Assembly: GCF_963921235.1 (NCBI RefSeq)
Contig: NC_086109.1
Span: forward strand, 13,084,001-13,148,000
Length of the DNA stretch: 64,000 nucleotides
Direction of reading: 5' to 3'
Source: Mobula hypostoma
Lineage: Eukaryota
This document shows positions 28,524 through 41,245 of the stretch, one piece after another. Both the position numbers and the translations under genes were made by a program. Each line of letters opens with the position of its first letter. The stretch's first letter is position 1. Below the pieces are notes generated by a model. The model was not told the origin of the DNA. It was given only the letters and a program-made list of their open reading frames with translations, and searched no databases.

Positions 28524-29739
28524 TATGCCCATGTTTTGGGGGATAATTTATTTAAAATTATCCATGTGGCTGCTTCAGATGATGTCAGGATTTTCAGATG
28601 TGGGTAATGGATGAAGTAAATCCAGCTTTATTTCCAAAATATAAATTGATGAATTGTACAATAAAAGGATTCATAGGATATTTTGCAGAAAACCAGATGC
28701 TCATATGACCTTATGAAGTGAGTGTTTTACTACTCTGACAAATTTAAGTGGTGTTTACAGTGTGGCCTAATAAGATGTATGGGCCAGAATCAGGAAAAAA
28801 AAATGATCTAAGGCTTACAATATATGGCCTAACATTTTGTGTGTTTTAAAAAAACTGCTACTTCTTTGCTTTTAAGTGGTATCATCTGTGAATTTAGCTG
28901 CAAAGCCTTCAACTCTGTCATGCAGATCATTAACGTGAAAAGCAGTAGACCCAACACTAACCCCTCCAGAACACCAGTGGTCACCACAGTCAATTAGAAA
29001 AGTCCACCTTTATTCCCACTGTGTGTTCTGTCAGTCAGCCAATCTTGTACCCATGCTAGTATCTTTCCTGGATTATGAAAGGTGTTCCTGCTTTATTTAG
29101 CAGCCTTCGTCAAAACCTAAAATTCAAGTAGACAACATCCATTGACTCTCCTTTGCCTGTTACTCCATACTCTGTCATGTGTTTATCTTGGTAATACCTC
29201 ACTATGGTTTAATACTGGTGATAACTAGTTTGATTATTTGATCAGTTTCTTTAACAAACTAGTATTTTCTAATGTTTCTTTGAATCATCCAAAATATTGA
29301 TTGTCCATTCAGAAGAAGTAGCTTCAGGTGGTCTCTCAGCAATTTATAAAATTGTCAAACAGCAATTCTGTCAGTTTTGTTCAATATACCTATTGAGTAG
29401 TGGTTTCACCTAATGGGAAGTTTCTGCTGAAAATGCTACTCTTGGAACTTGACTAATGAGTCATGTTTGTACAAATACTAATTCTGAATAGTGATAATTT
29501 TAAATGGGGTGATACAAGCTGTTTGAAGTTCAAGATTATCATTGGATTCTTGTTTTGACTGTTACACTATGGAAACATTCCTAATTTCTTAAAATCACAC
29601 TACCTCTGGATGAGCTGTCCTCTTTTTTATAATCTCCCTTTTCAGCAAAAATTATGAAGTGCCAAGGACCCCAAATCTGAGTGTACAAAAAGTCATGGAT
29701 ATCTAATAACTGAATATGAACACACATCGAAAGATTACT

Positions 29740-30592
29740 ATTGGACCCACAGCTCCAATCTGCTAATTAAATTTGCTGACAATAGTACATTCATTGGCGT
29801 TATCTCAAATAATAAAGAGGCAACCTACAGAGAAGAAGTCATCACCCAGACACAGTGATGTCAAGAAAACAAGCTCTCCCTTAACGTCACAAAAACAAAG
29901 AAGCTGTTTGTGCACTACAGGAGGAATCAGGGCAGGCTACCCCTATTGATGTCAATGGATCTGGGTTTGAGAGGGTGAACAGCTTTAAGTTCCTCAGTGT
30001 ACACAGACCGAGAATCTCACGTGGTCTCTTCATACTGGCTGTGTGGTGAAGAAAACACAACCGCAGACACCTGAAAAAGTTTGGCGTGAATCCCCAAATC
30101 CTAAGAACTTTCTACAGGGGCACAATTGAGAGTATCCTGACTGGCTGCATCACTGCCTGGTATGGGAACTGTACTTCACTCAATCTCAGGATTTTACAGA
30201 GAGTGGTGTAGTCAGCCCAGCACATTTGTAGATGTGAACTTCACACTATTCAGGACATTTACAGAGAGGTGCATAAAAAGGACCTGAAGGATCATTGGGG
30301 ACCCAAGTCACTCCAACCACAAACTTCCAGCTGCCACCATCTGGTAAACGGTACTGCGGCATTAAAGCCAGGACTAACAGATTCTAGGACAGCTTCTTCA
30401 CCAGTCCATCAGACTGATTAATTCACGCTGATACAATTGTATTTCTATGCTATATTGACTGCCCTGTTGTACGTACTATTTATTACAAACTACTATAGAT
30501 TGTACATTGCACATTCAGACAGAGACGTAACGTAAAGATTTTTGCTCCTCATGTATGTGAAGAACATAAGAAGTAAAGCCAATTCAATTCAA
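29740..30592 (+). mobile_element. Rex-Babar-like LINE 3' part
   Basis: LIKFAD, FYRGTIESILTGCITAWYGNC, SFFTSPSD frameshifted end; (caatt)n tail. Confidence 0.85.
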
Positions 30593-32554
30593 TATGAGCT
30601 GAATATTCCCCAGTTGGAATCTTAACTCAATTTCATTGTTCAATTTGTGAATCTATTGCAATGTTAATATATTACTTCACCAAAGCAAAAGCTTAGTCAT
30701 AAAGTTTACAGTTAATCTTTTTAAGCTCAGAGACAATGAAAACTTTTCCTTGACTTTGCTTTCATCCTTTTGTGTGCAACTTAATTAATGAGCCTTAATG
30801 CACCCTGTCTTGGTCTTCATAATTATTTTGAACGAAGAATAATGATTTCCTGAAGTTAGAAATGAAAAATTTTCCAACTGCCTAAATCATATATCCATGC
30901 TTTCTGTACCTTGCTAATAATAGTTAGTATCCAACATGCCTTTCTAACCAACATTTTCTACCTGTTTATAGAAGTTTCTGTTTCACTGCACTATAAACCT
31001 ACACTGTGCTACCATTATTTCATCCATTTCCATCACTTTCAAGGATTCTACAACTCGTGTTTTCACTATTATATATTTATAACCATTATTTTTGCATTTG
31101 CACAGTTTGTCCTTTGCACATTGATTGTCAGTCAGTCTAGTATTTTTTCCATTTGATTCTATTGTATTGTTTTGTTCTTCTGTAAATGTCTGCAAGAAAA
31201 TTAATTTTTAACCTTACCAAACTGCAGTTTTTGGAAGTAAGAGAAAATCAGAGCACTTGGGGCAACCCATATTATCAATCACCTGATTCTTAACTCAGGT
31301 GCTCCATTGAAGCCAGCTTGTATGAGATGTGAGACAGCAGCTTCACTAGCTGCTGACATGGTTTCATGAAATAGAATCAAATTCTCGCAAATATAAAGAG
31401 ATATGTAATTAGAATTAGTTTTTGATAATTCTTAAAATGCATTTCAAACCTGCCACAATAAATATTATTGACATCAATCATATTCTTCTATATTTTCAAA
31501 TGCTAATAAACACAATTTCTCTGCAATTAATGTTATCCACAGGTGATCTTTAAATGTTGGCTAGTAGCAACATTGGGAAATGTTACAATTTAATTTATGA
31601 AATAAAAGTAAGGTGTATGCTATGCAAGATTGGGTGTGGAATATTAAGAAAGAAGTAAAATACTGGACATCCAAACTGGAATAGAAAATGTTAACAACAT
31701 TCAACATCTGTAGGGCAAAACTAGCAGGAATCCAAAATACTATTTATTGCTGACTTATAAGAAAGCTACCCACAAAGATTAGGTTATTGCTGTAATGTAG
31801 CTTTCCAGGATCACATGTTGTTCATGAGCTGGCTAATTAATCACTTTGAAAAATTCCTACAGAAAACAAAAACCAACTTTCACATTAGCTTTAATAGACC
31901 ATGTACGGCTAATAAAAATTCTGACACCTGTATGAAATAAATAAACTCTATGGAAGATATAAAAAAAATCTATGGCATTGATTTACAAACAAAATTGTAA
32001 GGACCAGATACTCTTCTGGACTTTAGTTACAACTTTTACATTAAAAACTCATTTTGCATTGTGCTATTAAACAATATTTGAAGTGTATTTTACAGTGAAT
32101 AATTAATAACTAATATTCACATTGATGCAAACAACTTCCCTTAAATCCATTGCAAATGCCACATCACATGTACTGTGCTGCTGCTACAAAAGGCCAACTT
32201 TCTTGGCATCTGTACCCTGTGCATATTTGCCTATGAGAATAAAGGTGAATCTGAGGGGTGAATTGCTAACAATCATGCTTACATTTTTATTCTATGTCTT
32301 GTGCATAAATCTGAGCTTACTGCTAGTTTTAACATGTAATGGGATAGGTGCCAGTGTTGATAGTGTCACTAATAATCAGTATTTTCAATGTTTTTTTTTA
32401 TTTTTTTAATTTGTTAAACAATAGCTGTATTTAAAACATGAGTACATATTACACCATTTGTTGTAGGTCTTTAGGGGTGAACCAGTAATTCACCTGAATA
32501 GTAGAATGAATTCAACTGAATTAAATGTATAACCAAAGTACCATAGTAAACTAA

Positions 32555-32956
32555 ATACATATCATCAAACAATTTATTTATAAACACAGATAGATAACAT
32601 AAGTGATGGAGGATTGTAGCATCTATTTTATATTACTCCATTCTATTATTGGTTTAAATAAAAGCAAAAGGGGTGATTTTTTTTATGATAAAGCCAACAC
32701 AAGATCTTAAACTTCCTAAACCAGTGGTTGAAAGATCTAGATTCTTCCTTAATGCAGACAGACATTAGCTTTCTTAATCTGGGTTTAATAATGGTGAAAA
32801 ATAATACAGTACACCCAGTGAATTACATCAAGCTACTTTGCTGCTTGTTTAACTGTTAAGCTTAAATGGTCTGTTAAAAGGAGTTTTCATGCAGAATCAA
32901 TCATTGTTCTGATGCATGCTTAATTAGAAATCTGTAAAGGCCAGAGCCAGAGGATC
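32555..32956 (-). other. GNAT2: Candidate non-coding last exon (3' UTR) of GNAT2
   Basis: Donor CAG|GTATGT at 34616/34615; strong minus-strand acceptor ctctcttttctcctcag ending 32957; minus-strand AATAAA at 32578-32573. Confidence 0.5.
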
Positions 32957-33569
32957 CTGAGGAGAAAAGAGAGCATATTAGGTTTCTAATTCTAAGATAA
33001 ATCAAATGAACAAACATTTTAGCAGTAAAATGGAGACGTACAACAGGGTAGGCAAATAGAAGAGATGGTTTGCAAGAACAGAAATTTGCTTAATTGTAAC
33101 AAATGCATTTAAACTTCTTCCAAAATTTGGCTCAGCAATCCTGAGTTGTTAAGAATACCTCTCTTTCATCAATACTGCTTCAAAATTGTGGAACGTTCTA
33201 ATTTACAGCATCAGTGGAAAATTACTAACAAAGGAATTGCTTCAGTTCAAGAAGAGACAAACCTTCAGAGTAAGCCAATGATATGGAATAACTGGCCACA
33301 GTCTGCAGAGCAGGAGACTTGGAAACCACAGAGCTTATTCCAATAAAAACAAGGTAATTTCACCAGAAAAAAATGCAGCAAGTTACTGTACTATCATAGC
33401 CCACTAAGAGCAGGGAGGGTTGGTTTCAAAAGAAATTACTCCAATATCTCCAGACTTCTGTTATGATATTGACATTACATGGAGCCAGAGGTTAGAAACC
33501 TTACGCAATATTCAAGTTCCAGAATTGGAGGTAATTATGACCAGGAGGATAAGTTTGATTCTTTTCACC

Positions 33570-34335
33570 CTGTTCATGGATTGTTTGTCCATTCCCATCA
33601 AGGAAGAGGAGATGCAAAAGCATCAGCAGTCTTACTTACCCCAAGCCATCAGGCTGATCAACACTTCCACTCATTAACCCACTCAACCATACTCACCACT
33701 ACTACTTTATTTCCTGTCAGTCACCTTATGTACAGATACTCTTGTACTTAGCATCATTTTATGTACAATCAGTCTGTATATGTATTTATATTTATCGTAT
33801 TTTATTGTGTTCTTTATGCTTATTGCATTTTTGCATCATTTTTTGCATTATGCTGCATCAAAGTTCAAAGTAAATTTATTATCAAGCTACATATATGTCA
33901 CCATATACAACCCTGAGATTCTTTTTCTTGGGCAGTCACAGCAGACCAAAGAGACATAATAGAATCGATGGAAGACCGTACCCAACGGGATTGACAAGCA
34001 ACCAGTGTGCAAATGTAAAACGAAAGGAGTAATAATAGTAAGTAAGTAAGCAATAACTACTGAGAATGTGAAATGAAGAGTCCTTGAAAGTGAATCTGTA
34101 GGTTGTAGAAGTATTTCAATGATGGGGCAAATGAAGTTGAGTAAAGTTATTCCCTTTGGTTCAAGAGCCTGATGGTTGAAGGATAATAACTGTTCCTGAA
34201 TCTGGTCACAGGTACTGAGGTTCCTGTACATTCTTCCTCATAGCAGCAATGAGAAGAGAGCACATCCTGGGTGTGAGGCTCCTTGATGATGGATGCTGCT
34301 CTCCTACAACAATGTTTCATATAAATGTGCTCAAA
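33570..34335. mobile_element. Two tail-to-tail Rex-Babar-like 3' ends (+ about 33570-33858; - about 33860-34335)
   Basis: SYLPQAIRLIN on +; RFRNSYYPSTIRLLN on -. Confidence 0.75.
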
Positions 34336-34641
34336 TGACCATATCCAGTAATTTTTGTCTGTGAACCTCAAAATGGGAACCCTTCTCTAAATAATTTTTT
34401 TTTAAAAACTGATAGACCACATGTGGCTTAGCTAAAAGTTACTAGCTTAATATTTCAGATTGCTATGTGCATGTGTACAAAAGAGAACATAATCATTAAC
34501 ATGCAGAGATTATTCTCAGTCTTCTAACTAATTGTGAACATACTGTTTTATGATGCAAACTTATTAGGACAGTAACTGAAGATAATAAATACTTCAACAC
34601 TGTGTACCAACATACCTGATAATGGATTAAAGCTCCCTTGT

Positions 34642-34832
34642 TTAGAAAAGTCCACAATCTTTAAGATTTTCTTTAATGATGATGTCTTTCACAGCATCGA
34701 AAACAAACTTGACGTTTTGAGTGTCAGTGGCACATGTCATGTGTGCATAGATTTCTTTGACATCTTTTCTCATGTTGAGGTCCAGGAATTGGGCCTTGAT
34801 GTAATTGCCAGCATCTTCATACGTATTGGGAC
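34642..34832 (-). CDS. GNAT2: GNAT2 exon 8 coding part (191 bp) [62 protein letters not shown]
   Basis: ORF 34642..34875; ttctag acceptor; transducin C-terminus [11 protein letters not shown]. Confidence 0.97.
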
Positions 34833-35254
34833 CTAGAATTGGAGGGCAGTGAAGCTTACATACAATGGACAACATCGATGCATGGTGTGTGAAAAATGAC
34901 AGTCAAGATCACACATGATGGAGCAATGATCTAAGTGACGTGACTACTTTATTCTAACACAAAAGTGGCGCAGAGCACATGAAGGTCAAAGCAATCAGGG
35001 ATCTGGTCCAGTGTTATCATTTCTCCATCCTGGCCTGTCATACTTTTCTAAAGATTCCACTCGGCCTTAGATCGACCTGTACATTTGGCTGAGTTGGTGA
35101 GATCTGTGAGCAGTGACCCGGCCTCAGGTGGCCAGTACTGAGGTTCCACTCACAGAATGCCCTGACATCCTCTGACAGCAGAATATTAGTGAAAAGACAC
35201 ATTCAAATAGATTTAAATAATTAAACTGGGGCACAATAGAGAAGATGACCAGAG

Positions 35255-36004
35255 ATAGAACATAGAACAGTACAGCACAGTACAGGCCCTTCGGCCCACA
35301 ATGTTGTGCCGACCCTCAAACACTGCCTCCCATATACCCCCCCCACCTTAAATTCCTCCATATACCTGTAGTAGTTTCTTAAACTTCACTAGTGTATCTG
35401 CCTCCGCCACTGACTCAGGCAGGTCATTCCACGTACCAACCACTCTCTGAGTAAAAAGCCTTCCTCTAATATCCCCCTTGAACTTACCACCCTTTACCTT
35501 CAAGCTATGTCCTCTTGTATTGAGCAGTGGTGCCCTGGGGAAGAGGCACTGGCTATCCACTCTATCTATTCCTCTTATTATCTTGTATACCTCTATCATG
35601 TCTCCTCTCATCCTCCTTCTCTCCAAAGAGTAAAGCCCTTAATCTCTGGTCATAATGCATACTCTCTAAACCAGGCAGCATCCTGGTATATCTCCTCTGT
35701 ACCCTTTCCAATGCTTCCACATCCTTCCTATAGTGAGGTGACCAGAACTGGACACAATACTCCAAGTGTGGCCTAACCAGAGTTTTATAGAGCTGCATCA
35801 TTACATCGCGACTCTTAAACTCTATCCCTCGACTTATGAAAGCTAACACCCCATAAGCTTTCTTAACTACCCTATCTACCTGTGAGGCAACTTTCAGGGA
35901 TCTGTGGACATGTACCCCCAGATCCCTCTGCTCCTCCACACTACCGGGTATCCTGCTATTTGCTTTGTACTCTGCCTTGGAGTTTGTCCTTCCAAAGTGT
36001 ACCA
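35255..36004 (-). mobile_element. CR1 LINE 3' end in GNAT2 intron 7
   Basis: ORFs 35562..36005 and 35348..35626 ([21 protein letters not shown]); ttctatg tail. Confidence 0.92.
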
Positions 36005-36446
36005 AAGATGGACAGAAATGGAGTGCCAGCGGTGTAAGTAATTAAAAATATAAAACTGATTTTAAAAATTGAAATGATTTTACTTAGCGATATCTTAAAT
36101 GACCAAAAATTAATTTAAAACATAAACATTTACCTGCAGTGACTTTTAATCTAGGTCACTAGATGTCTCAGTGTACTCTAGGTACACTAGCTGATTTAAA
36201 GCAAAGGATTAAATACATAATCAATCCTGCCCCACTGTTCAAGAAGTTTTGAGATAACAGTCAGTGAAGAATTCAGAGCAAGTCAGTTGCACTAGTCTGT
36301 GCCTCTGAGTTTCAATTCATAGTACAGAAGGCAGGTACAAACTAGAGCAGCAACAGTTCCCTTGAAAGAAATGTAGTCAGGCCCATTAAACATTTAACTG
36401 GCTTGGGAATGATTAGTAAATGATAGCTATTTGAAATCATTCCTCA

Positions 36447-36692
<246 letters not shown>

Positions 36693-36876
36693 TCATGTTC
36701 ATACTTACTCATCCTTTGCTAAATTTTGGAGAAAGGAGAAAATTCCTTACATAGGAATGGAGGCCTGTGTGAGTCTAACTTTAAAATACAGCTCAACTGT
36801 AGTCAACCCAAAACCAGCCTGACCCCTGGAAATTGTAATTTCCATGCACAACACAAGCCCATTTGTTGTAAATATA

Positions 36877-37065
36877 AAGTAACACACAAACTGGTTGAGG
36901 AACTCAGCAGGTCAGACAGCATCTATGGAAGGATGAAGGGTCTCCGCCTGAAATGTCAACTCTCTATTCCACTCCATAGATGCTACCTGACCTGCTGAGT
37001 TCCTCCAGCATTTTGTGCATGCTACTCTGGATTTCCAGCATCTACAGAATCCCTTGTGCTTATGC
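36877..37065. mobile_element. Short fold-back Penelope pLTR insertion
   Basis: Inverted arms about 36884-36929 and 36973-37017 around a degenerate hammerhead; 10-bp TSD tgtaaatata at 36867-36876 and 37066-37075. Confidence 0.75.
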
Positions 37066-38776
37066 TGTAAATATAGCACATGTTATTGGTTTCTTCAGGA
37101 TAACACTACAGTGGTCAGAACAGAGTTGATAATAAGAAAAGCAAAGTGACCTATATAATGTACTGAGCCTCTGCTATGGAACAGTTAACCTAACCCAGTC
37201 CAAAATATTTTATCTGAATACACCTAACTCCTCAGGTGAGTACACTGCAGCAATAGAGTTAATAATATAAATGTTTTCAAGGGATGAAAGGTAATGCTGT
37301 GGGAGGAAGATTGGTGAGAAGGAACTTGTGGGAAGTATAAACATGGTGGTAGAAAAGATCAGATATCAAATTGTAAATTAATTTTTAAAAAAACATGTTC
37401 CTTGTTCATCTCTCACCGTTACATCTCAACATCATTTTACCTGTTAAATGTGAGACCTTGTTTAATTTTCTCCTTGTCTGCTCCATTCGTGGTCTGGCAC
37501 TAGAACACAATTTTGTAATAATGCCGAGGCAAGTACTTCTCCATAAATTACATAGCACACGAGTGCAACTGCTCTATCAGCCCTGTACCAGCTTTTAGAA
37601 TAATCCCTGCTCTTTCCTCCTAAATTATTTTCCCTTTTCAAGAAGCTATCTAATGCATTTTTGAAAATTAGCACTAAATTTGCCCCCACTGCATATTTAG
37701 GCAGTGCATTTACATCAGCTCGATATTTTTATTTTACTTTAATTTTTCCACTTTTTTGGGGATGCTTATTTTAAGTCTGTACCTATTGTCAAGTGAAAAC
37801 AGTTTCTTTGTATTTACTCAGTCAAAGCCCTCCATTAACTCTACTCTAATAGAATATTTCCATTTTATCCTAACCCTCCAGATATTCAATATGTCTTATC
37901 CTTACTGACTCTTGAATTAACCTGCCCCACATCCTCGTAAAGACCTTGCATCTTCATGGAGAGAGATGCACAGAACAGGACGCAATGACAGCTGAGGTTA
38001 AACCAGTGATTATAATTTCCTGACATACGCCTTTATAAAATGAAGGATTTTCTATCCCTTTATTTTCCAGCAGCAAACTTAAACATAAGGGTTCTGGATG
38101 TAGGATTAAAGCACTTGGTTTGTTAAGAGTTAAGTATATTTGCAAATTTAAAACTGACGACAGAGCTAGAAGTGAGTGTAGAAGTACCAATTATTACCTA
38201 GTCCCACAGGGATTGGGCAAGTGAGAAATGTGTCCCAGAAAGATGTTGAGGGAGCATTTGCAACTTCCCATTGATCGTTCGACCTTTCTGAAGTTCTGTA
38301 TTCTACCTTAAATCTCTTGAATTAAATGATGATTGAAAGGTTTATTCTGCTCCACTTTAAATGACCCTGAAGCCTCCAGTTAGAATTGGGTAGAGATGAC
38401 CTACACTCAGTGGCCACTTTATTAGGTACCTCCTGTACCTAATAAAGTGGCCACTGAGTGTATGTTTATGGTCTTCTGTTTCTGTAGCCCATCCACTTGA
38501 AGGTTCGACATGTTGTGTATTCATAGATGTTCTTCTCCACACCGCTATTGTAACACTTTTTTTTGAGTTACTATCACCTTCCTCTCAGCTTAAAGCAGTT
38601 TGGCCATTCTCCACCAACCTCTGTCATTAACTAGGTGTTTATATCTCATTGTGTTTTTGTTTCTTGCGCCTTTCTCTGTAAGCTTTTGAGACCGTTGTGT
38701 ATGAACATCCCAGGAGATCATCAGTTTCTGAGATACTCAAACCACCCCATCTGGCACCAATGATCAAATGAACAAC

Positions 38777-39290
38777 AGGAATTCTGCAGATGCTGGAAAT
38801 TCAAGCAACATATATCAAACATGCAACAACACCTTATATTCCGTCTGGGTAGCCTCCAACCTGATGGCATGAACATTGACTTCTCTAACTTCCGCTAGGC
38901 CCCACCTCCCCCTCGTACCCCATCTGTTACTCATTTTTATGCACACATTCTTTCTCTCACTCTCCTTTTTCTCCCTCTGTCCCTCTGAATATACCTCTTG
39001 CCCATCCTCTGGGTCACCCCCCCCTGTCTTTCTTCCCGGACCTCCTGTCCCATGATCCTCTCGTATCCCCTTTTGCCTATCACCTGTCCAGCTCTCGGCT
39101 CTATCCCTCCCCCTCCTGTCTTCTCCTATCATTTTGCATCTCCCCCTCCCCCTCCAGCTTTCAAATCCCTTACTCACTCTTCCTTCAGTTAGTCCTGACG
39201 AAGGGTCTCGGCCTGAAACATCGACTGCGCCTCTTCCTATAGGTGCTGCTTGGCCTGCTGCGTTCACCAGCAACTTTGATGTATGTTGTT
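38777..39290 (+). mobile_element. Penelope-like element 3' fragment with inverted terminal piece
   Basis: QHLIFRLGSLQPDGMNIDFSNFR*; 20-bp TSD ccaatgatcaaatga(a/c)caac at 38757-38776 and 39291-39310. Confidence 0.85.
39191..39226 (+). ncRNA. Minimal type-I hammerhead ribozyme motif (stem III mutated)
   Basis: AGUC-CUGACGA-AGGGUCUCGGCCU-GAAAC-AUC-GACU. Confidence 0.65.
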
Positions 39291-40989
39291 CCAATGATCA
39301 AATGACCAACTTTGATCATTTCATGGTCAAAGTCACTTAGATCACATTTCTTCCCCATTCTGACGTTTGGTCAGAACAACAACTGGCCTTCTTGACCACG
39401 TCTCCATACTCTTATGCATTGAGTTGCTGCCACATGATTGGATGATTAGATATTTGCATTAACATGCAAGTGTACAGGTGTGCCGAATCAAGTAGCTGCT
39501 GAGTGATTGGTAACTAGGAGTTGTAAATGGATCAGGTCTTTGAGTACTGTCAAGTAATAGCAACGTGCCATTTTATGGCACCTTAACATAAGACTATAAG
39601 ACATAAGAGCAAAATTAGGTAATTTGGCCCATCAAGTCTGCTCCACCAGGGTCATCCCAGGGTCTCTTCACAGGAGAGTTATCAATCAAAATTTGTTACC
39701 AGCCACATAAGGAGATATAGGCAACTGAAACACACACCCTGCAACATTTAAAAAAAGGAGACTGTAGGAGGGGAAATTCAAAGAGGAAAATTCAAAGTTT
39801 AGGGACTTGAAGTCAGTCACGGGGCAGTGTACTCCTGTACACACCCAAGTATTAGTTTAGTGTGTGGAGGGATCTGCTTCTTCCCTTTCAGGCAGTAAAT
39901 TCCAAAAAAAAAACCCTCATCACCACTTGCGTCCTTCTAACTCATTACTTAACATCTAAGCCCTTTGTTTTACGACCCTTCAGCTAAGGGAAATGGCTCC
40001 CGAAACAAAGACAGAAAATCCTGAAAATATTCAATGTGCCGGACAGCATCTCTGGAAAGGAAAACAGAGCCAACGTTTCAGGTCCTACTTATTACCTGGG
40101 TCCATCATAATTTTATACACCTCGGTTAAGTCTCCTCTGTCCAAATCTTTTCCCATTGCTTTGACTAGGAGTCTTGGTCAACATGGTGGAGTTCAGCCAA
40201 AGCCATGCTGTATGACTTTAGGACTCAATGATCTCAATTGCAAAATTGTCCAGTCCCAGTAACAATGTACAAATATCCTCTTCATCCCCTTCATAGCAAC
40301 GTGATTCTGTATGGAATCAAGCTGTGGGCTAACTGTTCTGTGCATTGTCGGTTTGTAAGTTTTGCATCATAATGAAAGAACGTGGGGTGTCTGAGTGCCT
40401 GCTGTTGTTAAGTGGAAATATTCAGGGACCTAATCCAACTGAATCTCAGCAGAGCCTCACTGCTTAGCAAAGGAATTGAACTCAGACAAGAGCACTGTGT
40501 TGCATTTTTGGGAAGTTGAACCAGGGCGAGACTTATGTAGTGAATGATAGGACCTGGAAAATGTTGTAGAAACAGACATATTTCCCTAAAAGTAGTAACG
40601 TATGTAGACAGAGTGGTGAAGAACTGAACTGGCAGAAATGACTCCATGGCTGGGGCCTGCAGTCATTGGGCTCCTGCACCAGCTTCACTTGTCTTAGCCC
40701 CGAACTGGCTATGGACTCACTTTCAATGACTCTGAGGTTCATGTTGTGTTTTTTTGTTTATTTTATATTGTTTGCATGATTTGTTCTTTTTTTTTGCACA
40801 TTGAGTGTTTGATGCTTTTGCTGTCTGTTTTTTTTTAATGGGTTCTATTTTGTGTCTTTGTTTTGTGGTTGCCTATAAGAAGACAAACCTCAAAATGGTA
40901 TATAGTATACATAGATTAGCAAATCTACTTTGAATTTTGAAGAAAGCATTTGGTATGCTTGCCTTCATCAGCCAGGGCATGGAGTACAG

Positions 40990-41245
40990 GGTATGCTTTC
41001 CGCTATGATTGCTCCCTCCGTGATCCCCTCGCCCATTTGTCCCTCACCACTAATTTCCCTCTAGGCACTTATCCCTGCAAGTGGCCTAAGTGCTTAACCT
41101 GCCCATTCGCCTCCTCCCTCATCTCCATTCAGTGCCTCAAATAGTCCTTCCAGGTGAGGGAATACTTCATCTGCGAATCTCCTATTATATCTGGTGCTTC
41201 CAATGCAGCCTCCTCTACATTGGTGAGACCCATTGTAAAAAGGGG
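40990..41245 (+). mobile_element. Penelope-like GIY-YIG region fragment
   Basis: GTYPCKWPKCLTCPF, GPK-like/SFQVR, LYIGET. Confidence 0.7.

Larger units (their letters stand above)
38402..39506. mobile_element. Non-autonomous Tc1-like element with terminal hairpin, interrupted by a Penelope insertion
   Basis: Left TIR tacactcagtggccactttattaggtac; decayed right TIR gtgtgccgaatcaagtagctgctgagtg; internal sequence shared with 55175-55710. Confidence 0.8.

Noticed and set aside
38402..38462. pre-miRNA
   Set aside because: The perfect stem consists of Tc1 TIR sequence with TA ends; no independent miRNA evidence.
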